Positions 1 through 8,574 are shown, numbered from the stretch's first letter. The stretch is DNA of 64,000 bases from an uncultured Bacilli bacterium (GCA_934096275.1 CAKOLK010000002.1:43784-107783), one strand, 5' to 3'. Notes: generated from the sequence alone by a model not told the origin. Numbers and translations: made by a program.

Positions 1-2028
1 AAAAATTTTGATGAAACTCTAGATGAGCCTGTTGTTTTACCTAGTAGATTTCCTAATATTTTAGTTAATGGGACTATGGGTATTGCTGTTGGTATGGCTA
101 CTAATATACCACCACATAATTTAGGTGAGGTTATTGATGGTTGTGTTGCTTATATTGATAATCCTGATATTGATACTTTAGGTTTAATGCAACATATAAA
201 GGGTCCCGATTTTCCTACTGGAGGAATTATTCTTGGTAATTCAGGTATTATGAGGGCTTATCAAACTGGTAAAGGTACAATTACTATTAGAAGTAAGGCA
301 GAAATAGTTGAAAATGGTAATCATTCTAGTATAGTTGTTACTGAAGTTCCATATGGTGTTAATACCATGGATTTAAAAAATAGAGTTGCTGAGCTTGTCA
401 GGGATAAGGTTATTGAAGGTATTTCTGATTATCATACTGATTTAAAGAATGGTGTTAAGATTACTATTACCTTAAAGAGAGATGCAAATCCTCAAGTTGT
501 ACTTAACAATTTATACAAACATACTAATTTTCAAATTAGCTATGGTATAACTTTGTTGATGATTGATGGAAAGACTCCTAGAACATTAGGATTAAAGGAT
601 ATTATATCTAAATATATAGATCATCAAATGGAAGTTATTATAAGAAGAACTAAGTTTGATTTAGAAAAAGATGAAAAACGTGTTCATATTTTAGAAGGTT
701 ATAAAATTGCACAAGATAATATTGATGAAGTTATTAAGATTATTAAAGCTGCTAAGAGTGATGTTGAAGCAAAAGAAAAATTAATGGATCGATTTGGTCT
801 TACTGATGTGCAAACTGATGCTATTTTAGAATTGAAATTACGTCGTTTAACTGGATTAGAACGTGAAAAGATTGAAGCTGAATTGCAAGCATTATTACTT
901 GAAATTGAGGAATTAAAATCTATTTTAGCTAGTAATGAAAAGGTTCTTGCAATTATCAAGAAGGAAATGTTAGAAATTAAGGCTAGATTTGCAGATGAAA
1001 GAAGAACTTCAATTGATATGACTGCTATTGATTATATTGAGGATGAATCGTTAATACCTGTTGAAAACATTATGATTTCTCTTACAGAAAAAGGTTATAT
1101 TAAGAGATTGTTAACAAGTACATACAGATCACAAAATCGTGGTGGTGTTGGTATTAAAGGTATGTCTACTAATGAAGAAGATTTTGTTAGTAAGTTAGTT
1201 ACATGTTCTACACATGATCATATATTATTTTTTACTAATTTTGGTAAAGTATATAGGATAAAAGGTTATGAAATACCTGAATCTAGTAGACAATCTAAGG
1301 GATTACCTATTGTTAATTTATTACCTTTGGAAAAAGGTGAAATTGTTAACTCAATTATTCCAATTAATCCTAATGATGTTGATGATAGTAAGAGTTTGAT
1401 ATTCTTTACTATGGGTGGTCTTGTTAAGAGAACTCCAATAAGTGAGTTTGAATCTATTAGAAAGAATGGTAAAATTGCTATTACTCTTAAGGAAGATGAT
1501 GAGTTGATTAGTGTTAAAATGACGTCTGGTAATGATGAAGTTATTATGGCTTCTAATAGTGGAAGAATGGTTCGTTTTGTGGAAACTGAGGTTCGTATGA
1601 TGGGTCGTAGTGCTTCTGGTGTTAAGGGTATTGATTTAACTGATTCTAAGGTAATTGGAGCAGAAATTGTAAATCCTAATGAATATATTTTAGTGGTAAC
1701 AGAAAATGGTTATGGTAAGAAAACCGATGTTGGTGAATATAGACTTACTCATCGTGGTAGTAAGGGCGTAAAAGCGCTTAATATTACTGATAAAAATGGT
1801 TTAATTATTGCATTTAAATCTGTTATTGGGGACGAAGATTTAATTATTACAACAAATAATGGTATTGTTATTAGACTTGATGTTTCTAAGATTTCTACTT
1901 TGAAGAGAAATACGCAAGGTGTTAGATTGATGAGTCTTAAAGATGGTCAGGTTGTTACTTCTGTTACTGTAACTGAAAAGGTTGACGAAGATTTAGAAAA
2001 TACCGAATCTAAAGAAAATGATGCTTAG
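1..2028 (+). CDS. gyrA: DNA gyrase subunit A, 5'-truncated by the window edge
   Basis: Frame 1 is open from base 1. Translation contains [11 protein letters not shown] and the repeated C-terminal beta-pinwheel blades. Stop TAG at 2026-2028. Confidence 0.97.
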   Translation, partial: KNFDETLDEPVVLPSRFPNILVNGTMGIAVGMATNIPPHNLGEVIDGCVAYIDNPDIDTLGLMQHIKGPDFPTGGIILGNSGIMRAYQTGKGTITIRSKAEIVENGNHSSIVVTEVPYGVNTMDLKNRVAELVRDKVIEGISDYHTDLKNGVKITITLKRDANPQVVLNNLYKHTNFQISYGITLLMIDGKTPRTLGLKDIISKYIDHQMEVIIRRTKFDLEKDEKRVHILEGYKIAQDNIDEVIKIIKAAKSDVEAKEKLMDRFGLTDVQTDAILELKLRRLTGLEREKIEAELQALLLEIEELKSILASNEKVLAIIKKEMLEIKARFADERRTSIDMTAIDYIEDESLIPVENIMISLTEKGYIKRLLTSTYRSQNRGGVGIKGMSTNEEDFVSKLVTCSTHDHILFFTNFGKVYRIKGYEIPESSRQSKGLPIVNLLPLEKGEIVNSIIPINPNDVDDSKSLIFFTMGGLVKRTPISEFESIRKNGKIAITLKEDDELISVKMTSGNDEVIMASNSGRMVRFVETEVRMMGRSASGVKGIDLTDSKVIGAEIVNPNEYILVVTENGYGKKTDVGEYRLTHRGSKGVKALNITDKNGLIIAFKSVIGDEDLIITTNNGIVIRLDVSKISTLKRNTQGVRLMSLKDGQVVTSVTVTEKVDEDLENTESKENDA

Positions 2029-2118
2029 GCATTATTTTTTTTATTATTTACAAAACAAATGTTTGTTATTCGCAATTTTATAGTTTTTTGTAAATTGTTA
2101 ATAAGTGTTATTTTTCAA

Positions 2119-2134
2119 TGTTTCACGTGAAACT
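2119..2134. promoter_or_regulatory. parS (ParB/Spo0J binding site), one terminal mismatch
   Basis: TGTTTCACGTGAAACT versus the B. subtilis parS consensus TGTTNCACGTGAAACA. Intergenic. Confidence 0.7.
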
Positions 2135-2331
2135 TTATGTCAATATGTTATTAAATTTTAAATAGAATTATTTTAAGTTTGATTTATTTTGTTTATATTA
2201 ACTTAATTAATTATATTTTTATTTTGCTTTTTACATAAGTTATATATTAGTTTATAGTATTTGTTTTTTAATATGTATAGTTACAATCTTAAAACTTTTA
2301 ATTTAAAATTGTTAATAAATATTTTTTTCAA

Positions 2332-2347
2332 TGTTTCACGTGAAACA
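2332..2347. promoter_or_regulatory. parS, perfect palindrome
   Basis: TGTTTCACGTGAAACA. The palindrome extends to caatg...cattg and abuts the -35 of the SRP RNA promoter. Confidence 0.8.
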
Positions 2348-2351
2348 TTGA

Positions 2352-2378
2352 TTGACTATTTTGATTTTTTGTTATAAT
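2352..2378 (+). promoter_or_regulatory. Putative sigma-A promoter of the SRP RNA
   Basis: TTGACT (2352-2357) and an extended -10, tgtTATAAT (2370-2378). The 15-nt spacer is short. Confidence 0.5.
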
Positions 2379-2384
2379 ATATAT

Positions 2385-2462
2385 TTGTGCAACGCATATG
2401 ATTGAATTAGGTCAGGATCGGAAGATAGCAGCCTTAAAGTCCTCTGTGTGTGTGCACTTTTT
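2385..2462 (+). ncRNA. ffs: Small (4.5S-type) signal recognition particle RNA
   Basis: Contains the conserved SRP domain IV sequence aGGTCAGGatCGGAAGatAGCAGCC with a GGAA tetraloop. The 5' gtgca (2387-2391) pairs with the 3' tgcac (2453-2457). A T-run follows at 2458-2465. Ends are approximate. Confidence 0.8.
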
Positions 2463-2475
2463 TTTGGAGGTTTTT

Positions 2476-2916
2476 ATGTCATTAAAGAATGATAAGTATT
2501 ACTTTAATTTAGCATTGAAGGAAGCGAAAAGGGCAACAAAATCAAATAATGTTCCGATTGGTTGTGTTATTGTTTTTAATAACAGAGTGATTGCTAAAGC
2601 ATATAATAAAAAGAATAGTAAGAACGTTTCAATTTATCATGCTGAGATATTGGCAATGATAAAAGCATGTAGATTTTTAAATACATTTATTTTAGAAGAT
2701 TGTACTATGTATGTAACTTTAGAACCTTGTAAAATGTGTATGAATGCCATAGCTGAATCACGTATTAGAAATGTTAAGTATTTGATTTTTTCTAGATATG
2801 GAAATAATTTAAAAAGCAATTATGATCGTATTAAATGTAACCAATATTCTAATAATGAATATATAGATGAATATAGTGATATGTTATCACAATTTTTTAA
2901 GAATGTAAGAAGTTAA
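2476..2916 (+). CDS. tadA: tRNA-specific adenosine deaminase
   Basis: Has the CDA-fold motifs HAE (YHAEILAM) and PCxxC (LEPCKMC). GGAGG at 2466-2470 precedes ATG 2476. The track ORF start at 2398 would run through the SRP RNA. Confidence 0.9.
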   Translation: MSLKNDKYYFNLALKEAKRATKSNNVPIGCVIVFNNRVIAKAYNKKNSKNVSIYHAEILAMIKACRFLNTFILEDCTMYVTLEPCKMCMNAIAESRIRNVKYLIFSRYGNNLKSNYDRIKCNQYSNNEYIDEYSDMLSQFFKNVRS

Positions 2917-2919
2917 CAA

Positions 2920-2935
2920 TGTTTCACGTGAAACA
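2920..2935. promoter_or_regulatory. parS, perfect palindrome
   Basis: TGTTTCACGTGAAACA, starting 4 nt after the tadA stop codon. Confidence 0.8.
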
Positions 2936-3052
2936 TTAAATAATATTACTATTTATGTTAACTAATATTAATATTCTATGACTTTTACTGTTCATATCTT
3001 TTGATTTGAATTATTAAACTATTTATTTTAAATATAAAATAGTCTTTAAATT

Positions 3053-3066
3053 ATTTCCCGGGAAAT
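3053..3066. promoter_or_regulatory. Noc-binding-site-like palindrome (NBS)
   Basis: ATTTCCCGGGAAAT is identical to the B. subtilis Noc binding consensus. It lies within the 24-nt perfect palindrome aaattatttcccgggaaataattt (3048-3071). Confidence 0.6.
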
Positions 3067-3116
3067 AATTTTGAATAATATGATATTTTTATATTGTTAA
3101 TAACTGTTTTTTTCAA

Positions 3117-3132
3117 TGTTTCACGTGAAACA
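3117..3132. promoter_or_regulatory. parS, perfect palindrome
   Basis: TGTTTCACGTGAAACA at the right end of the 85-bp repeat, copy A. Confidence 0.8.
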
Positions 3133-3257
3133 TAATTTAGTTATTAACATTTTTTGGTTAATAACTTATATATTTTATAAGTTTTGATTGCTATGGTTGA
3201 TTAATTTAATCAATTGATTACAAGAATAGATTATTAAATTATTTGTTTTAAATCCAA

Positions 3258-3273
3258 TGTTTCACGTGAAACA
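3258..3273. promoter_or_regulatory. parS, perfect palindrome with extended arms
   Basis: TGTTTCACGTGAAACA lies inside the 32-nt palindrome aaatccaatgtttcacgtgaaacattggattt (3250-3281). Confidence 0.8.
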
Positions 3274-3380
3274 TTGGATTTAACTTATTAATGAATATTA
3301 TATATTATATGTATTTAATTTTATTTTTTCTTATATGTTTAAAAAAAATATATTATGAATACAAAAATCATCAATAAATT

Positions 3381-3394
3381 ATTTCCCGGGAAAT
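3381..3394. promoter_or_regulatory. Noc-binding-site-like palindrome (NBS)
   Basis: Second identical ATTTCCCGGGAAAT, within the same 24-nt palindrome (3376-3399). Confidence 0.6.
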
Positions 3395-3444
3395 AATTTT
3401 GAATAATATGATATTTTTATATTGTTAATAACTGTTTTTTTCAA

Positions 3445-3460
3445 TGTTTCACGTGAAACA
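3445..3460. promoter_or_regulatory. parS, perfect palindrome
   Basis: TGTTTCACGTGAAACA at the right end of the 85-bp repeat, copy B. Confidence 0.8.
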
Positions 3461-3552
3461 TTGATAACAAAGCTGAAATAATTTTGATATGTCATAGACT
3501 TTATTGCACTAATTTGATACAATATTTGTAGTACTTTTTTGGGGGTGATATT

Positions 3553-5184
3553 ATTACTTATTTAGCTTTATATAGAAAATATAGACCAACTTCTTTTGAA
3601 GAGGTTGCAGGTCAAAGTTCTATTGTGAAAATACTTAAAAATTCTATTGCTAATGGTTGTGTTTCTCATGCTTATTTATTTGCGGGACCTCGAGGAACTG
3701 GCAAGACAAGTTTAGCAAAAATTATCGCTAAAACTATTAATTGTTTTAATTTAAATGGATCTAAATTTTGTAATGAATGTGATAGTTGTGTCTCTTTTAA
3801 TAATAAAAATAATCCTGATATTATTGAAATAGATGCTGCTTCAAATAATGGTGTTGAAGAAATCAGAAAGATTAGAGATAGTGTTAATTTAATGCCTAGT
3901 ATTTCAAAATATAAGGTTTATATTATTGATGAAGTACATATGTTATCTAGTGGAGCTTTTAATGCATTATTAAAAACTCTTGAAGAACCGCCAGCTCATG
4001 TTATTTTTATATTAGCGACTACAGAGTTTTATAAGATTCCAGAAACAATTATATCTAGATGTCAGTGTTTTAATTTTGAACGTATTTCAAATAATGAAAT
4101 TGTTAATAAATTACAATATATTGTTGAATGTGAAAATATTAATATTGATTATAATGTTTTGAATTTGATTGCAAAGTATAGTGATGGAGGTTTAAGAGAT
4201 TCAATTAGTATGCTGGATAAATTAGTTTCTTATTCTAATGAAATCACCGTTGATGATTATTACACTTTGAAGGGTATTGTTAATGATGAATGTCTGGTGT
4301 CGCTTACTAATTACATTTTTAATTGCGATATTCCTAATATATTGAATCTTTTAGAAGAGTTGGAAAATTCAGGCAAAGATGTTGTTGTTTTATTAGATAG
4401 TTTTATGGAACATCTTAAGTCTCGTTTGATTTCACATGATGCTAATAACTTTGATTCTATTTATAATTTAATTATTGAGTTAAATGACTTGGATATATTG
4501 TTAAAAAAGAGTAGTAATAAGAAAATTATTTTTGAGGTAGGAATTATTAAAATTGTTAATAAATTGTTTAAGAATAAAACAAATGTTTGTAATACACAAG
4601 ATATTAATGATTTTGTTGTTCAAAATAAGAAGGTTGTTTCTAATGAAGAAGATGTTGATGATGTCTCTAAAGAGGTAGTTGAAACTTATAAAATATGTTA
4701 TAATAAAGATGTCAGGATTAATAATGCTTTTGCGTTGGCTGATAAGGGTCTTTTGAATGATTTGAGAATAAAGTGGGTTTTATTTTCTGAATCTGTTTCT
4801 AGTCCTGATGATTCTTTGTTTATTTCTTATTTACTTGATAGTACTTTAAGAGTTGCAGGTAAAAATGAATTGATTTTGTCAGTTAAATATGATTCGATTC
4901 TTAAAAATGTTGATAATAATATTTCTGGTATTGAATTAGTATTTAATAATATTATGAATACTAACTATAAACTTGTTTTTATTAGTGATTCTGATTGGGA
5001 AAATCTAAAAAATGAATATATTAAAAATATTAAAAATGGAATTGTTTATAGTTATATTGATGAAGAAGCAAAAAATAGTGATGATGTTGTTTCTTCAGAT
5101 GATAATATTTCTTTTGATAATAGTAGTGATAGTGATGTTTTAGCTACTTCATTGTTTGGAGAAGATATTGTTGAATTAAAATAG
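3553..5184 (+). CDS. dnaX: DNA polymerase III subunit gamma/tau, apparent ATT start
   Basis: Has the Walker A GPRGTGKTS and the clamp-loader boxes. The conserved N-terminus YLALYRKYRPTSFEEVAGQ is in frame upstream of the first canonical start (GTG 3625). The SD GGGGGTGA lies at 3541-3548. The exact start (3550 or 3553) is uncertain. Confidence 0.9.
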   Translation: MTYLALYRKYRPTSFEEVAGQSSIVKILKNSIANGCVSHAYLFAGPRGTGKTSLAKIIAKTINCFNLNGSKFCNECDSCVSFNNKNNPDIIEIDAASNNGVEEIRKIRDSVNLMPSISKYKVYIIDEVHMLSSGAFNALLKTLEEPPAHVIFILATTEFYKIPETIISRCQCFNFERISNNEIVNKLQYIVECENINIDYNVLNLIAKYSDGGLRDSISMLDKLVSYSNEITVDDYYTLKGIVNDECLVSLTNYIFNCDIPNILNLLEELENSGKDVVVLLDSFMEHLKSRLISHDANNFDSIYNLIIELNDLDILLKKSSNKKIIFEVGIIKIVNKLFKNKTNVCNTQDINDFVVQNKKVVSNEEDVDDVSKEVVETYKICYNKDVRINNAFALADKGLLNDLRIKWVLFSESVSSPDDSLFISYLLDSTLRVAGKNELILSVKYDSILKNVDNNISGIELVFNNIMNTNYKLVFISDSDWENLKNEYIKNIKNGIVYSYIDEEAKNSDDVVSSDDNISFDNSSDSDVLATSLFGEDIVELK

Positions 5185-5195
5185 GAGGGATAATT

Positions 5196-5495
5196 ATGAA
5201 TATGCAAGCTTTAATGAAACAAGCGCAAGCTATGCAAAAAGAAATTACGAATATTAAAAATGAAATTGATAATTCTACTTTTGAAGGAAGTAGTTCATTG
5301 GTTAAGGTTGTAGTTAATGGAAAGAAAGAAGTTTTAAGTGTTAAGATTTCTTCTGATGCTACTGATTTAAGTGATGATATTTCTATGTTAGAGGATATGA
5401 TTGTTCTAGCTATGAATGATGCTTTTTTGAAAGTTGACAAGACTACTAATGAAAAAATGGGAAAATATTCTAATATGATGTCAGGATTGATGTGA
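5196..5495 (+). CDS. ybaB: YbaB/EbfC family nucleoid-associated protein
   Basis: About 100 aa, starting MNMQALMKQAQAMQ. Sits in the conserved position between dnaX and recR. Confidence 0.9.
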   Translation: MNMQALMKQAQAMQKEITNIKNEIDNSTFEGSSSLVKVVVNGKKEVLSVKISSDATDLSDDISMLEDMIVLAMNDAFLKVDKTTNEKMGKYSNMMSGLM

Positions 5496-5499
5496 TAAT

Positions 5500-6096
5500 A
5501 TGTATCCAAAGAGTTTATTAGATTTAATTGAATATTTTAAAAAATTTCCCGGGATTGGAGAAAAAACAGCTGAGAGATTAGCCTTTTCTGTTCTCAATTT
5601 TGATGTTGATGAAGTAACTGATTTTAGTAATGCTCTATGTAGTGCTAAAACAAATATCAAACCTTGTAGTGTTTGTGGTATTTTGACGGAAGCTGATTTG
5701 TGTTTTATTTGTAGCGACAATTCACGTGATTGTGATAGTATTTTAGTAGTTGAGAACTCTAAGGATGTATTCTTATTTGAAAAACTTGGAAATTACAATG
5801 GTTATTATCATGTTCTTGGTGGATTGATTTCTCCTCTTGATGAAATTGGTCCTGATGATTTGTCTATTGATTCATTGGTAAGAAGAGTTAAAGAAAAAAA
5901 TATAAAAGAAGTTGTACTTGCTATTAAAACTGGTATAGAAGCTGATACGACTGCTTTATATATAAAAAGGTTATTAGAAAAAGATGGAATAACAGTAACT
6001 AGAATAGCTAATGGTATTCCTATTGGAGCAGATATGGAATATATTGATGTTCTTACATTAGAAACAGCTTTAAATAATAGAAAGGAAGTATTTTAA
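5500..6096 (+). CDS. recR: Recombination protein RecR
   Basis: Has the FPGIGEKTAERL helix-hairpin-helix, a C4 zinc finger (CSVCG...CFIC) and a Toprim domain. Confidence 0.95.
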   Translation: MYPKSLLDLIEYFKKFPGIGEKTAERLAFSVLNFDVDEVTDFSNALCSAKTNIKPCSVCGILTEADLCFICSDNSRDCDSILVVENSKDVFLFEKLGNYNGYYHVLGGLISPLDEIGPDDLSIDSLVRRVKEKNIKEVVLAIKTGIEADTTALYIKRLLEKDGITVTRIANGIPIGADMEYIDVLTLETALNNRKEVF

Positions 6097-6132
6097 TGAA
6101 ATGTAATCATATATTTTTTTGAGGTGTTATTC

Positions 6133-6318
6133 TTGAAAGAAAGATTATATTTTATTGGAAAAAGGCTTCTTTTAGCTCCATTTATAATTTATATATATGA
6201 TTTAATAATGGGGACTTCAGTTTATTTTATTCCAATTAATATTATCACAATTTTGATTGTTGGTTTGTTTGATATTTTTGGATTAATTTTATTGATAGTT
6301 TTATTATTAATTTTATGA
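6133..6318 (+). CDS. bofA: BofA-like small membrane protein (pro-sigma-K processing inhibitor family)
   Basis: Two-TM protein with IPINIITILIVGLFDIFGL, resembling the BofA C-terminal motif. It sits after recR, as in B. subtilis. TTG 6133 follows GAGGTG. Confidence 0.45.
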   Translation: MKERLYFIGKRLLLAPFIIYIYDLIMGTSVYFIPINIITILIVGLFDIFGLILLIVLLLIL

Positions 6319-6322
6319 TGAG

Positions 6323-7234
6323 GTGATAGGCGTGTTAGAAAAATATGAAAAAATACAAAATGTATTTTATAAGTTTATTGTAAATTCTGTTAATAATGGT
6401 CATATTTCTCATGCTTATTTAATTGAAACTAATGGTGTTTCTTATGGATATGATTTAGCTATTTCACTTGCTAAGTTTTTTCTTTGTATTGATAAAGATC
6501 CTATAAAACAAAAGGTAATACTTGATGAGATAGATAAAAATATATATTCTGATTTATATATTATTAATAGCGATGATAACGAAATTAAAAAGAATGATGT
6601 TGCTTTTTTAAAACATGTTTTTTCTTTCAAATCTCAAAATAATAATAAAAGAATTTACATAATCAATAATGCTAATTTACTTAATGTGTCTTCGTCAAAT
6701 ACATTACTTAAGTTTTTAGAAGAACCAGATGATGATATAGTTGCAATTTTAGTGACTGAAAGTAAATATGATTTATTAGATACTATTGTTTCACGTTGTC
6801 AGGTTTTATCATTAATAAATAATGATTCGTTTATTGAAAAGTTAACTTGGAATGATTACGATGAAACTATGGATTATATTGATTTTGTTAATGATAAAAT
6901 TTCTAACATGATTAATTTGTATTTTCTACTAGAATTAAGTGATGTTTTTTTACTTACAAATGAATATATGTATAGTATTAAAAATAATCTTACTAATTTT
7001 TTTCTAGTTGGTCTTGCTTTTTATTATGATGTTTTTAATTTGTATTATGATAGAAAATCTCAATTTATTACTGGTTTTGATGAGCAAAAAATAAAAGTTA
7101 TGAAAAATAATGCAATTAGTGATATAATAAAGAAGATTGATGTAATTAATACATTTATTAATAAATCTAAATCTAATGTTAATAAGGATTTATTGATTGA
7201 TGATTTTACATTTAAGATGTTAGGAGATGATTAG
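6323..7234 (+). CDS. holB: DNA polymerase III delta' subunit
   Basis: Clamp-loader fold with a degenerate P-loop (SHAYL), the LLKFLEEP box and SRCQ. The start could be GTG 6332. Confidence 0.8.
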   Translation: MIGVLEKYEKIQNVFYKFIVNSVNNGHISHAYLIETNGVSYGYDLAISLAKFFLCIDKDPIKQKVILDEIDKNIYSDLYIINSDDNEIKKNDVAFLKHVFSFKSQNNNKRIYIINNANLLNVSSSNTLLKFLEEPDDDIVAILVTESKYDLLDTIVSRCQVLSLINNDSFIEKLTWNDYDETMDYIDFVNDKISNMINLYFLLELSDVFLLTNEYMYSIKNNLTNFFLVGLAFYYDVFNLYYDRKSQFITGFDEQKIKVMKNNAISDIIKKIDVINTFINKSKSNVNKDLLIDDFTFKMLGDD

Positions 7235-8014
7235 ATGGTTGAAGTGTTTGGCGTACGTTTTAATGATTCTAATAAGATATATTATTTTTTACCAAATGGG
7301 AATGAAATAAAAAAAGATGATTATGTTGTGGTTGAAACTGAACGTGGTCAACAATTTGGAGTAATATGTACTGATAAAATTGTTGTTGATAAGAAACGTA
7401 TTTCATTTGAACTTAAAAATATTTTAAAGGTTGCTGATTCTAATGATATTAGTGCTAATGAAAGAAATATTAGAGAAGCAAAAATTGCAATTGAACGTGC
7501 TAATAAGTTTGTTGAAGAATTAGGTTTGGATATGAAAATATTAGATGCATCATTTACTTTTGATCGTTCACAGCTTTTATTTAATTTTTTAGCGGATGCA
7601 AGAGTTGATTTTAGGGAACTTGCTAAGAAACTTGCTTATGTGTATAAGACTAGAATTGAGCTTAGACAAATAGGAGTTCGTGATAAAGCAAAATGTGTTG
7701 GTGGTTATGGAGTTTGTGGTAGAAAATTATGTTGTTCTACGTTTTTGAATGATTTGAATAGTGTTTCTATTAACATGGCTAAGAATCAGAATCTTACGTT
7801 AAATCCTCAAAAAATTAATGGTGTGTGTGGTAGATTAATGTGCTGTTTAGGTTATGAGAATGAATTATATAATGAGTACAAAAAAGATTTTCCTAAAGTA
7901 GGAGAAATTATATCTAATGATTCTTATAAAGGTAAAGTAGTGTATGTAGATTTATTTGAAAAAATGTATAAATTAGAATTAGAAGATGGAAAAATTGTGG
8001 ATGTGATGTTATGA
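7235..8014 (+). CDS. ricT: PSP1-domain protein, stage 0 sporulation/RNase Y regulator RicT (YaaT)
   Basis: PSP1 C-terminal domain with cysteine clusters (CGRKLCC, CGRLMCC). Follows holB, as in Bacillus. Confidence 0.85.
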   Translation: MVEVFGVRFNDSNKIYYFLPNGNEIKKDDYVVVETERGQQFGVICTDKIVVDKKRISFELKNILKVADSNDISANERNIREAKIAIERANKFVEELGLDMKILDASFTFDRSQLLFNFLADARVDFRELAKKLAYVYKTRIELRQIGVRDKAKCVGGYGVCGRKLCCSTFLNDLNSVSINMAKNQNLTLNPQKINGVCGRLMCCLGYENELYNEYKKDFPKVGEIISNDSYKGKVVYVDLFEKMYKLELEDGKIVDVML

Positions 8015-8565
8015 AACTAATTGTTGGTATAGGTAATCCTGGTAAAGAGTATAAAAATACTAGACATAATATTGGTTTTAATGTATTGGATAATTATGCT
8101 TCTTTCCATTCGGTTGAAATTACTAAAGAAAAGTTTAATGGATTGTATGTTGATTTTATTTTGAATGGTGAGAAAATTATTTTATTAAAACCTTTATCAT
8201 ATGTTAATTTATCAGGTGTTGTTGTAAAAAAATATGTTGATTATTTTAATATTTCGGTTGATGATGTTTTAATTATAAGTGATGACTTAGATTTAGATTT
8301 TGGAAAGATTAGACTTCGTTTATCTGGTTCATCTGGAGGGCATAATGGTCTTAAGAGTATTGAAGCAAATCTAGGTACTAAAAATTATAAACGTATGAAG
8401 TTTGGCATTTCTAATAATAGAAGTATTGATACTAAAGATTATGTTTTGGGTAATTTGTCTTCTTTAGAAAATAAAAAACTTAATGAAATATTACCTATTA
8501 CTGTTAATATTTTAGATGATTTCATGGTTATGTCTTTTACTAATTTGATGAATAAATATAATTAG
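8011..8565 (+). CDS. pth: Peptidyl-tRNA hydrolase
   Basis: MKLIVGIGNPGKEY..TRHNIGF signature. Confidence 0.95.
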   Translation: MKLIVGIGNPGKEYKNTRHNIGFNVLDNYASFHSVEITKEKFNGLYVDFILNGEKIILLKPLSYVNLSGVVVKKYVDYFNISVDDVLIISDDLDLDFGKIRLRLSGSSGGHNGLKSIEANLGTKNYKRMKFGISNNRSIDTKDYVLGNLSSLENKKLNEILPITVNILDDFMVMSFTNLMNKYN

Positions 8566-8574
8566 GGTGATACT

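Larger units (their letters stand above)
3048..3132 (+). repeat. 85-bp direct repeat copy A (NBS + spacer + parS module)
   Basis: Base-for-base identical to 3376-3460, an offset of 328 bp. Confidence 0.9.
3376..3460 (+). repeat. 85-bp direct repeat copy B (NBS + spacer + parS module)
   Basis: Identical to 3048-3132. Confidence 0.9.

Noticed and set aside
2398-2475. N-terminal 26 codons of the track ORF 2398-2916 (MIELGQDRKIAALKSS...)
   Set aside because: This stretch is the SRP RNA itself (domain IV consensus, terminator T-run). tadA has its own GGAGG SD and ATG at 2476.
2100-3470. Repeated 20-22-bp palindromes that could be mistaken for a CRISPR array
   Set aside because: Spacing is irregular (141-588 bp). 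The repeats are perfect palindromes matching parS. One interval contains the tadA gene. There are no cas genes or leader.
3625-3627. GTG 3625 as the dnaX start (as in the ORF track)
   Set aside because: It would remove about 25 conserved N-terminal residues that are encoded in frame just upstream and are preceded by a strong SD.
5544-5557. ATTTCCCGGGATTG inside recR as a third Noc-binding site
   Set aside because: Only 11 of 14 positions match (one half-site plus the core). The sequence is constrained by the conserved RecR FPGIG codons. It could be a weak site, but it is not supportable from sequence alone.
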